DNA of 63,039 nt, filler included, from Conidiobolus incongruus B7586 (taxonomy: Eukaryota): NCBI GenBank assembly GCA_000697335.1. It is 21 parts of 21 records of this genome, joined end to end, with 100 filler letters (N's around TTAATTAATTAA, not from the genome) between each part and the next. Parts side by side here need not be neighbours in the genome. Positions count along the whole stretch, not along the records: positions 49,583 to 51,157 come from JNEM01006919.1; positions 51,258 to 52,572 come from JNEM01006920.1; positions 52,673 to 54,161 come from JNEM01006921.1; positions 54,262 to 55,321 come from JNEM01006922.1; positions 55,422 to 57,074 come from JNEM01006923.1; positions 57,175 to 58,334 come from JNEM01006926.1; positions 58,435 to 61,121 come from JNEM01006927.1; 14 more parts are not named here. The stretch is one strand, 5' to 3'. Each line of letters starts with the position of its first letter. The first letter of the stretch is position 1. Shown one piece after another: positions 49,644 through 61,221 of the stretch. The notes beneath the pieces were generated by a model that was not told where the DNA came from, searched no databases, and saw nothing but the letters and a program-made list of their open reading frames with translations. Position numbers and translations under genes: made by a program.

Positions 49644-51157
49644 CACTAGCCTGAAAAAGTGAGTCATAAAATCAAAATTATATATATTTACCTATATCTT
49701 AAATAATTCTTAATTAAATAAATTTAAATTAAAATATATAATTTACCTATATTAGTTGATTATAACTAATTATATTTCATTATATTTTATTAACTATTGG
49801 TTAATATATCAAAACCTAAAATTTAACTAAAGTGAGCTATAAATTTGTGGGTTTATATATTAAGTGGTTATAAATAACAAAACTTATATATATCTTCTTT
49901 TTCTCTTGTTATATTATATATATTATAGAACTATTAAGCTAATATTTTAAAATTAATATTATAATACCTAAATCTCTCTCTAAAAAAATTCACTTACATA
50001 TTAATCAACTTTATAATGAAAATAAATTAACTTGTGAGATTATTAGAATTACTAGTGTTAGCTAATCTATTATAGCTAGGGTTATTAAGAACAATATTAT
50101 AAAAACACCTAAATTAAAACTTAAATGTGTAAAAATTATTGATAAATATGATAAAAAGTATATTTATAGATTAATTAGTATAGGTAAGTATAATATTGCT
50201 ATAGAAATATAACAAGAATTACAAGACTATATAGGAATATTAGTTAATACTGATACTATTATACATGCTTTATATTAAAATAGATACCACTTATATCTTA
50301 AGAAAAAACACCCTTAACTAAAGAAGTCTCATTATAAAGTTAGGTGGGAGTTTAAATACCAATACTAAAGTTGAATTGAAACTAATTAGAATAAAGTTAT
50401 TTAGTCTAATAAAACAAAGATATATCTTAATAGATTTAATAAAAAAGTTAGATATTTCAAAAAAGATAAACAACCACTTTATAACTATTATGTTATTATA
50501 ACCTAAAAATATAATAATAGGTTAATTATAATTTAAGGAAATATATTATTTTTAGGTATAGGGTATTTTTATAGGGTTAATAAGGGAATTAATGCTAAGA
50601 TGTATTAAAATATTCTAAATAATAAATTAAAAAAATATTAAGTGATAAAGGTTAAATAAGTTAAATATTATTTTCTAACAAGATAATACCCCTTGCTATA
50701 TTATAAATTCTATTATTAAATAGCTTAAAAACAACAAAATAACTATTATGAAATAACCTCCTTAATTTTTTAATTTTAACCTAATTAAATATTTTTGGGG
50801 TTAATTAAAAAAATCAATTCAAGCTTTCCCCTTAACAAAAAATTTAGATTAACTTTGGGAGTATATTTAAGAAGCTTGGAATAATATTAGTCTTACTTAA
50901 TATAAGAAGCTAATTAACTCTATACCCTATAAACTTAAAGAAGTTAGAAAAGCAAAAAATAGATATACTAGATATTAATTTTTTTATCAATATTAAAACT
51001 TGCAAATTTATAACTTATCTTAGATATATTTTTAGTTTTAATATATCAATTAATAATTAATTAAATTTAATTTTATATATTATATTATAAATAAAAAATA
51101 TATTTGAAATACATAGATTAATATAAATTTATTTAAATTAGAATTAATCAAGATATT
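49644..51157 (+). mobile_element. Dead Tc1 copy, subfamily 2, right TIR lost in gap
   Basis: Left TIR CACTAGCCTGAAAAAGTGAGTCATAAAATCAAAA; colinear with 47727-49282. Confidence 0.93.
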
Positions 51158-51257
51158 NNNNNNNNNNNNNNNNNNNNNNNNNNNNNNNNNNNNNNNNNNN
51201 NTTAATTAATTAANNNNNNNNNNNNNNNNNNNNNNNNNNNNNNNNNNNNNNNNNNNN

Positions 51258-52572
51258 ATATATATTATTAAATGATGATATTTAGCTATTAATTAGCTAA
51301 AATATAAACCTTTAAATTTTACCTAAAGTGAGTTATAATTTTGTAGGTTTTTGGTGATAAAAAAAATTAAAACCTAGTGTATCTATCTTTAACTTTTTTA
51401 ACTTCTTTAAGTTTGTGTAGTATAAAATCAACTAATTTCTTACACTAAAAAAAGTTAATCTTATTCTATGTTTCTTAAATATATTTTTAAAGTTGATTTA
51501 AATTTTTTATTAGGGGGAAAACTTTAATAGCTTTTTTTAACTAATCCTAAAGATGTTTAATTAGATTAAAGTTAAAAAATTAAAGAGGTTACTTTATAAC
51601 TATTATCTTGTTATTTTTAAGCTATTTAGTAGTAGATGTTATAGTATAGCAAAAGGTAATATCTTACTAGAAAATAATATTAGAATTTTTTAACCTATAT
51701 TATTCAATGGTTTTTTTAATTTATTGTTTAAAATACTTTGGTATATTTTAACATTAATTCTTTTATTAACTTTATAAAGATATTTTATACTTAAAAACAA
51801 CATACATCCTTAAATAATAATTAACCTATTATTATACTTTTAGGTAAAATTAATATAATAGTTATAAAGTAGTTCTGTATTTTTTTTAAAGTATCTAACT
51901 TTTTTATTAAATCTACTAAAGTATATTTTTGTTTTATTAGATTAAATAACCTTACTCTAATTAGTTTTAATTTAACATTAATAGTAACATTTAAACTCTT
52001 ACCTAACTTTATAATAAGATTTTTTTAATTAGGGGTGTTTTTTCTTAAAATATAAATAATATCTATATTAATGTAAAACATATATAATAATATTAGTGCT
52101 AACTAATATTCTTATATAGTTTTATAATTCCTGTTATATTTCTATAATAATATCACATTTACTTATATTAACTAACATATAAATATACTTCTTATTATAT
52201 TCATTTATAATTTTAACACACTTAAGTTTAAATGTTTTCTTATTGTTATTCTTAATAACTTTAACTATAATAAACTAACTAACACTAATAATTCTAATAA
52301 TATCATAAGTTGATTTACCTTTTTTATAAAGTTAATTAATATACAAGTAGATTTTTTTAGAGAGGGATTTAAGTATAATAATATTAATAAAAAAAATTTA
52401 ATATATTTGTAAAAAATTATATAAAATAATAACAAAAAGAGAAAAAAGATATGTTTATATATTGTTAAATATATCCCTTTATCTCAAAAACCTACAAATT
52501 TATAACTTATCTTAGTTAAATATTAAAGGTTAATATTTTTGCTAATAGTTTACTAAATATATCTAAATATAT
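51258..52572 (-). mobile_element. Dead Tc1 copy, subfamily 1, ends in gaps
   Basis: Colinear with 59476-61048. Confidence 0.92.
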
Positions 52573-52672
52573 NNNNNNNNNNNNNNNNNNNNNNNNNNNN
52601 NNNNNNNNNNNNNNNNTTAATTAATTAANNNNNNNNNNNNNNNNNNNNNNNNNNNNNNNNNNNNNNNNNNNN

Positions 52673-53955
52673 ATATTTTACAAATATATTAAATTTTTTT
52701 ATTAGTATTATTATACCTAAATCCCTTTTTAAAAAAATCTATTTATGTATCAATTAACTTTATAAAGAAAGTAAATCAACTTGTGATATTACTAGAATTA
52801 CTAGTGTTAACTAATCTACTATAGCTAAAGTTATTAAGAATAATAATAAAAAAACATTTAAACTTAAACTTAAGTATGTTAAAATTATAAATGAATATGA
52901 TAAGAAGTATATCTATAAGTTAGTTAGTATAAGCAAATATAATACTATTATAGAAATATAACAGGAGTTGTAAAACTATATAAGAATATTAGTTAATATT
53001 AATACTACTATATATATTTTATATTAGCATAGATACCACTTATACTTTAAGAAAAAACACCCCCAACTAAAAAAATCCCACTATAAAGTTAGGTAAGAGT
53101 TTAAATATCATCACTAATATTAAACTAAAACTAATTAAAATAAGGTTATTTAGTTTAATAAAACAAAAATATACTTTAGTAGATTTGATAAAAAACTAGA
53201 TATTTTAAAAAAGATACAGAATTACTTTATAACTATTATGTTAATTTTACCAAAAGTACAATAATAGGTTAATTATTATTTAAGGATATATATTGTCTTT
53301 AAGTATAAAGTAACTTTGTAAAATTGATAGGGGAATTAATATTGAATTATATTAAATTATTCTAAATAATAAATTGAAAAAAACTATTAAATAATATAGG
53401 TTAAATAAATCTAATATTATTTTCTAGTAAGATAATACCATTTGCTATATTATAACTTTTACTACTAAATAGCTTAAAATAACAAGATAATAATTATAAA
53501 GTGGTTTTCTTAATTTTTTTAATCTTAATCTAATTAAATAACTTTAGGATTAGTTAAAAAAAGCTATTAAAGCTTTCCCCTTAACAAAAGATTTAAATCA
53601 ACTTTAAAAATATATTCAAGAAGCATAGAACAAGATTAACCTTTTTTAGTGTAAGAAGTTAGTTAATTCTATACCCCACAAACTTAAAGAAATTAGAAAA
53701 GTTAAAGGTAGATACAATAGGTTTTAATTTTTTTACTATCAAAAACCTATAAATTTATAACTCATCTTAGGTAAAATTTAAGGGTTTATATTTTAACCAA
53801 TTAATAGCTAAATATCATCATTTATTAATATATATAATAAATAAATATAATAGATTTTAATTATTTAATTTAGGTTTATTTCATTAAATATTAATCAAGT
53901 TATTAGTAAAAATATAAGAGTTTTTGATTTTATAACTTACTTTTGTAGGTTAATA
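52673..53955 (+). mobile_element. Dead Tc1 copy, subfamily 1, left end in gap
   Basis: Ends TTTTTGTAGGTTAATA-TA (mutated TIR). Confidence 0.92.
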
Positions 53956-54261
53956 TATAATTATAAAATTAATATTAAGTAATATTCTTTATAGTTTTAT
54001 AATAAGGTAATATAAATTATTTCAGATTAATTTTTTTAATTATTTTCAAAAAATGAAAGAAATAAATTTATAACTTTTTAAAGTAATATTTATAAATATA
54101 AAACTATAATATTTAAATTAATTTTAACCTAATATAAAAATATAATTAATATTATTAATTANNNNNNNNNNNNNNNNNNNNNNNNNNNNNNNNNNNNNNN
54201 NNNNNTTAATTAATTAANNNNNNNNNNNNNNNNNNNNNNNNNNNNNNNNNNNNNNNNNNNN

Positions 54262-55321
54262 AAAAAATAATATAACTAAAATAATTAAAGTTAATTAAAA
54301 TAATAATAAGTATATCTATAAAGTACCTAGTTAAAACAAATAATAAGGTGATAATTAAAGATAAAAAATCATAAGATAAATTAGTTACTAAAATATTTTT
54401 AGTTATTAATAATTTAATTAAATCTTTTTAATATATATAATTTAATTTATAAAATCATTAATTTATTCAAACTTTTATAAATTAGATTAAAATTTACTAA
54501 ATAATTATAAAATAATTAATTTTAAAATTATATTAATATTATTTGAGTTTAATTTATAATTAGTTGATTAAGATTGTTATAGCTTAAATTAATGTTATTT
54601 CTTAAAGGGATATTTGTTAACTTTATAATTAATTTATATCCTTCAATATTAATAATAACTTTTATTTACTTTTAAGTAAGTTTTAACTTCTTTATTAAAT
54701 ATTTTCTTATAGAGCTTTAAAAAAGAAATATTTAACATTTAAGATTTAAATAAATTAAAGAAAGTTTTAAAAGATTTATTTTTAAAATAGGAAAATTTAA
54801 TTATAGATTAAAAAATATCATTAATTATAATTATTATATCATAAATATTTAATAAAACATATTGTTAAAATATTCCCTATTCAATAATTAAAGCTTTATT
54901 TAAAGATTAAAATTTTGTAATAATTTGAGGATTTGTTTTTCTAACAATATTTAATATATTCAAATATATTTTATTAAATTTTTTAATTACTTATTTTATA
55001 AAAGTTTTATATTTGAGTTAAGAAAGCATTTCTTTTTTTAATTAAATTTAATTTTTTAAGTAATATTTTTGTTAAAAGATTATTTTTAATCGTTAAAAAA
55101 TTTATATTCTTGTAGTAAATTATCCTTTTAAAGATTTTTTAAAATTAAGCTTATAATGAGTTAACTATTAAATATAAATAGATTTTTTAAAAGAAATTAG
55201 CTAATTTAAAGATATTCTTTATATCTTTATTAAGAATTATATTAAATAATTCTTTATATAATAAAAATAATTTTTAAGCTTATAAAGGTTTTTAAAATTA
55301 TTATAAATAATTAATTTATCT
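54262..55321 (-). mobile_element. Second copy of chromovirus gag-protease region
   Basis: The reverse complement aligns with about 46560-47620. Confidence 0.8.
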
Positions 55322-55421
55322 NNNNNNNNNNNNNNNNNNNNNNNNNNNNNNNNNNNNNNNNNNNNTTAATTAATTAANNNNNNNNNNNNNNNNNNNNNNN
55401 NNNNNNNNNNNNNNNNNNNNN

Positions 55422-56883
55422 TTATTAGTTATATATATCATTAAATAATGATATTTAGTTATTAATTGGTTAAAATATAAACCCTTAAATTTTACCTAAA
55501 GTGAGTTATAAATTTACAAGTTTTTGGTGATAAAAAAAAATTAAAACTTAGTATATTTACCTTTAGCTTTTCTAACTTCTTTAAGTTTATATGGTATAGA
55601 ATCAACTAACTTCTTATACTAGGAAAAGTTAATTTTATTCTATACTTCTTGAATATATTTTTAAAATTGATTTAAATTTTTTACTAGGGGGAAAGTTTTA
55701 ATAGCATTTTTTAACTAATCCTAAAGGTATTTAATTAAATTAAAGTTAGGAAATTAAAAAAACTACTTTATAACTATTATCTTATTATTTTTAAGCTATT
55801 TGGTAATAAAAGTTATAGTATAGTAAAGGGTATTATCTTACTAAAAAATAATATTAAATTTGTTTAACTTATATTATTCAATGGTTTTTTTTAATTTATT
55901 ATTTAAAATACTTTAGTACATCTTAGTATTAATTCCCTTATTAACTTTATAAAGATACCTTACACCTAAAAACAATATATACCCTTAAATAATAATTAAC
56001 CTACTATTATACTTTTAGGTAAAATTAACATAATAATTATAAAGTAGTTCTATATTTTTTTTGAAGCATTTAACTTTTTTATTAAATTTACTAAAGTATA
56101 TTTTTGTTTCATTAGATTAAATAACCTTACTCTAATTAGTTTTAATTTAATATTAGTAGCAACATTTAAACTCCCACTTAGTTTTATAATAGGATTTTTT
56201 TAGTTGGGGGTGTTTTTTCTTAAAGTGTGAGTAGTATCTATGCTAATGTAAAACACATATAATAGTATTAGTGTTAACTAATATTCTTGTATAGTCTTAT
56301 AGTTCTTGCTATATTTTTACAATAGTACTATATTTACTTATATTAACCAACTTATAAATATATTTCTTATCATATTCATCTATAATTTTAACACACTTAA
56401 GTTTAAGTTTAAATGTTTTTTTATTGTAATTTTTAATAACTTTAACTATAATAAATTAACTAACACTAGTAATTCTAATAATATCACAAGTTGATTTACC
56501 TTCTTTATAAAGTTAATTAATATATAAATAGATTTTTTTAAAGAGGGATTTAGGTATAATAATACTAATAAAAAAAATTTAGTATATCTGTAAAATATTA
56601 TATAAAATAATAACAAAGAGAGAAAAAAGATATAGTTATATATTGTTAAATATATCCCCTTATCTCAAAAACTTACAAATTTATAACTTACCTTAGTTAA
56701 ATATTAAAGGTTAATATTTTTGCTAATAGTTTACTAAATATATCTAAATATATTTATTTATTATTAAATAATATACCTTAATTATATATTATAGTTTCAA
56801 GTAACCTAATATATATAATTTTTTTAGTTATTAATTAAAATATATATATTTTTGATTTTATAACTTATTTTTATAGGTTAGTG
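55422..56883 (-). mobile_element. Dead Tc1 copy, subfamily 1
   Basis: Ends TTTTTATAGGTTAGTG-TA; colinear with 59476-61048. Confidence 0.93.
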
Positions 56884-57074
56884 TATATTTACCTATAATT
56901 TAAATAATTTTTAATTAAATTAACTTAAATTAAAATATATAATTAAAGTATATTATTTGATTATAATATATTATATTTAAATATATTTAATATATTATTG
57001 GTTAATATATCAAATCTTATATTTTAAATAGGGTGAGTCATAAATTTATAGATTTATAAGTTAAAAAGATATAT
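56884..57074 (+). mobile_element. Left subterminal part of a subfamily 3 Tc1 (host of the preceding insertion)
   Basis: Matches the reverse complement of 15830-16020; contains the inner repeat GGGTGAGTCATAAATTT. Confidence 0.8.
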
Positions 57075-58434
57075 NNNNNNNNNNNNNNNNNNNNNNNNNN
57101 NNNNNNNNNNNNNNNNNNTTAATTAATTAANNNNNNNNNNNNNNNNNNNNNNNNNNNNNNNNNNNNNNNNNNNNAATTAACTATTAATTTAAAATAATTG
57201 TATTATTTTAATTATATTAATTTAAAATTTATAATTATATTATTATATTATTATGTTATTATATTAATATAATAATTGATAAGTAGCATTATGTAAATTT
57301 ATTAATGAATATGTTAATTTCAAGGTTACAAGTGTTCTTATTAAAAGATGTTATTATGATAAAATATAAATAAATGAATTTTATAACAAAATTAATTTAA
57401 AAAATTATTACTTTATATATATTAATAAAATTATTTAATTAGTTTAATTTTAGTTTCTTAATTCTCTCTATAAATTTTTAATATCACTTTAATTGCTAAA
57501 CTTTAAGTTAAATATCTATCACTTAAAGTCTTATTGATTTTTCTCTATCACTAATTCTTATGATTAACTTTGATTTTTTGTTTAGGTTTAAACTAATCAA
57601 CTATTTTAGTAATTTTATCTTCAATAAATTTATCTTGAATAATAACATCACTTGATTTATTTCAAGTAGGAATCAAAGGGATTAAATTAACTATATCTTG
57701 AGGATTTTGAATAAAATAATTAAAAAGTAAATCATTAATATTTTTTAAAGGATTATTAATAATAGTATAATCTAAATATAAATAATTAATTATTAATATT
57801 AAAATATAATAATAAAAAAAATAATAAAAATAACAAACTGTTTATAATATCTTCAAACTATTCTTTAATAAAATCTGATTCAAAACTTTTAAGACATAAG
57901 GTACATCTAACTTTAAGTTTTTTATTTAGTCTAGATTATTTCCAAAACTTATTTCTTTTGCAAGTTTTTTTAAGATATAATAATAAACCTTTAACTTTAA
58001 ATTCATCAAATTGTTTAATTAAAATTTCATTTGAATTATTAATATTAATATTAATAATTTTATCATTGTTATTAATATATTTGTTTAACCACCAAGCTTT
58101 ATCTTCTGTTAAAGTTAGTTTAATTTTTCCCTAATTACCTAGATTCTATCTAAAATTATTAAATAAATCAATTAAAATTTAACAATGCTTAACAAAAAAA
58201 TTAGATGAATTTTTAATAATCTAAAATTGTTGATTATATGTAACATTCTAAAGATATTGTAAATAATTTAAAAAGTTAATTTTTGTGATCTAAAGAAAAT
58301 TAAATTAAAATATTATAATAAAATAAACATAATANNNNNNNNNNNNNNNNNNNNNNNNNNNNNNNNNNNNNNNNNNNNTTAATTAATTAANNNNNNNNNN
58401 NNNNNNNNNNNNNNNNNNNNNNNNNNNNNNNNNN

Positions 58435-59115
58435 TTTTTATAATTATAAAATAATATATATAATTTTAAAAAAATATGTTATTAAATAATGATTATATTT
58501 ATTTTATTAATAACTTTGTTAATTTTAATTAAATCAATTTAAATTGAAATATATATTAACCTTATATTATTTATTTAAAATTATATATATTTGATCAAAT
58601 TATATTTAATTTTAATATACTAAAGTTTAATTTTACCTAAAATAAGTTATAAATTTGTGTATTTTAATTATGGAAAGAAAATTAAAACTTTATGTATTTA
58701 TTTTTCCTATTTTAACCTTTTAAAATATTTATGGCCTAAAGTTAACTAACTTTTTATATTAAAAAGGATTAATTTTATTATAAGCTTCTTAAATATATTT
58801 TTAAACTTATTTTGATTTTTTGCTAATAGGAAAGTTTGAATTATTTATTTTAACTAATTTTAAAGGTATTTAATTGAATTAAGGTTAAAAAATTAAAGAG
58901 GTTATTTTATAATTATAATTTTGTTATTTTTAAGCTATTTGGAATAAAAGTTATATTAAAATAAAAAATATTATTTAATGATAATATAATATTAAATTTG
59001 TTTAACTTATTTTATTCAATAGTTTTGCAATCTATTATTTATAATATTTTAATATATCTCAATATTAATTCCCTTATTAATTATATAAAAATACTTGATA
59101 TTTAAAGATAATATA
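58435..59115 (-). mobile_element. Old, very AT-rich Tc1 subfamily 3 copy (3' half)
   Basis: Aligns with about 14500-15140; interrupted by a new degenerate TIR at about 59116. Confidence 0.82.
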
Positions 59116-59475
59116 TATTAGCTTATAAATATAAGTTATAAAATCAAAAATATCTATATATTTACTTATATTTTAAGCATTTTTATTTTAATAAATTGAA
59201 ATTAAAGTATAAAATTTATTTTTTTTAGTTGATTTTAATTAATTTTAATTCATTATATTTAATTAACTATTGGTTAATATTTTAAAACCTAAAATTTTAC
59301 CAAAGTGAGTTATCAATTTATAAGTTTACAAGTTAATAAGATATAAATAACAAAACTTATATATATTTTCTTTTTCTTTTATTATATTATATATATATTA
59401 CAGAACTATTAAGATAATATTTTAATATTATTATTATAATACTTAAATATTTTTTTAAGAAAATTCATCTATATA

Positions 59476-61048
59476 CACTAACCTATAAAAGTGAGTCATA
59501 AAATCAAAAACACCTATATTTTTACTAATAACTTGATTAATATTTATTGAAATAAACTTAAATTAAATAATTAAAATCTATTATATTTATTAGTTATATA
59601 TATCATTAAATGATGATATTTAGCTATTAATTGGCTAAAATATAAACCTTTAAATTTTACCTAAGGTGAGTTATAAATTTGTGGGTTTTTGGTGATAAAA
59701 AAAAATTAAAACCTAGTATATCCACCTTTAGCTTTTCTAACTTCTTTAAGTTTGTGGGGTATAGAATCAACTAACTTCTTACACTAGGAAGGGTTAATCT
59801 TGTTCTATGCTTCTTAAATATATTCCCAAAATTAATCTAAATTTTTTACTAGGGGGAAAACTTTAATAGCTTTTTTTAACTGATCCTAAAGGTGTTTAAT
59901 TAGATTAAAGTTAGGAGATTGAAGAGGCTACTTTATAACTGTTATCTTGTTATTTTTAAGCTATTTGGTAGTAGAAGCTATAATATAGCAAGAAGCATTA
60001 TCTTGCTAGAAAATAACATTAGATTTGTTTAACCTATACCATTTAATGGTTTTTTTCAATTCATTGTTTAGAATACTTTAGTATATCTCAGCATTAATTC
60101 CCCCATTAATTTTACAAAGATACCTTACACCTAAAGACAATATATATCCCCAAACAATAATTAACCCATTATTATATTTTTGGGTAAAATTAACATAATG
60201 GTCACAAAATAGTTTTGTATCTTTTCTGAAGCATCTAGCTTTTTTATCAAATCTACTAAGGTATATTTTTGTTTCATCAGACTAAATAACCTTACTCTAA
60301 TCAATTTCAGTTCAATATTAGTGGCAACATTTAAACTCCCACCTAGTTTTACAATGGGATTTCTTTAGTTGGGGGTGTTTTTTCTTGAAGTGTAAGTGGT
60401 ATCTATGTTAATATAAAGCACATATAATAATATCAGTGCTAACCAATATTCCTGCATAATCTTATAGTTCTTGTTATATTTCTACAATAGTACTACACTT
60501 GCCTGTATTAACTAACCTACAGATATACTTCTCATCATATTCATCTATAATCCTAGCACACTTAAGTTTAGGTTTAAATGTTTTTTTATTGCTATTCTTA
60601 ACAACCTTAGCTATAGTAGACTAGCTAACACTAGTAATTCTAGCAATATCATAAGTTGATTTACCTTTTTTACAAAGTTGATTAATGCACAAGTGGATTT
60701 TTTTAGAGAGGGATTTAGGTATAATAATACTAATAAAAAGAATTTAGTATATTTGTAAAATATTATATAAAATAATAACAAAGAAAGAAAAAAAATATGG
60801 TTATATATTGTTAAATATATCCCCTTATCTCAAAAACCCACAAATTTATAACTCACCTTAGTTAAATATTAAGGGTTAATATTTTTGCTAATAGTTTACT
60901 AAATATATCTAAATATATTTATTTATTATTAAATAATATACCTTAATTATATATTATAGTTTCAAGTAATCTAATATATACAATTGTTTTAGTTATTAAT
61001 TAAAATATATATATTTTTGATTTTATGACTCATTTTTACAGGTTAGTG
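59476..61048 (-). mobile_element. Best-preserved full-length Tc1 (DD34E) element, subfamily 1, 1573 bp
   Basis: About 35-bp TIRs CACTAACCT(A/G)TAAAA(G/A)TGAGTCATAAAATCAAAAA, TA target duplication, and inner repeats at about 59645-59691 and 60831-60880. Confidence 0.95.
59706..60722 (-). pseudogene. Tc1-family transposase relic, 339 codons, with many transition-derived stops
   Basis: Start reads ATA-CCT-AAA (ATG->ATA). Relics of KVI(W)SDETK, VWG, GVxYLCKI, QDNA, (W)PxQSPN, W, RLKEVRKAKGGYTRF. The frame is preserved end to end (1017 nt). Confidence 0.9.
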
Positions 61049-61221
61049 TAATAATTAATTTTATAATAAAAATAAATTAACTTATAATATTATTAAAGTT
61101 ATTATTATTATTTAATTTATTNNNNNNNNNNNNNNNNNNNNNNNNNNNNNNNNNNNNNNNNNNNNTTAATTAATTAANNNNNNNNNNNNNNNNNNNNNNN
61201 NNNNNNNNNNNNNNNNNNNNN

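Larger units (their letters stand above)
59116..61121 (+). mobile_element. Tc1 subfamily 2-type copy (59116-59475 plus 61049-61121), split by a younger insertion
   Basis: Degenerate TIR TATTAGCTTATAAATATAAGTTATAAAATC. The transposase start ...AAATTCATCTATATA resumes as ATAATTAATTTTATAATAAAAATAAATTAACTT. Confidence 0.82.

Noticed and set aside
49640..49646. Tc1 left end preceded by AA rather than TA (non-canonical target)
   Set aside because: A single case with the other end lost in a gap; a point mutation or sequencing error is sufficient.
29369..56494. Similar 62-aa ORFs at 29369-29557 (-) and 56306-56494 (+) as a conserved small gene
   Set aside because: Both are antisense to the same part of the Tc1 transposase. 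The similarity reflects the repeat, they have no ATG, and the track shows no such ORF in the other copies.
14345..61221. Recurrent TTAATTAATTAA flanked by Ns as a biological repeat or CRISPR-like array
   Set aside because: It is an invariant 44N-12-44N construct with six-frame stops, i.e. an assembly linker. No cas genes, and the context is eukaryotic.
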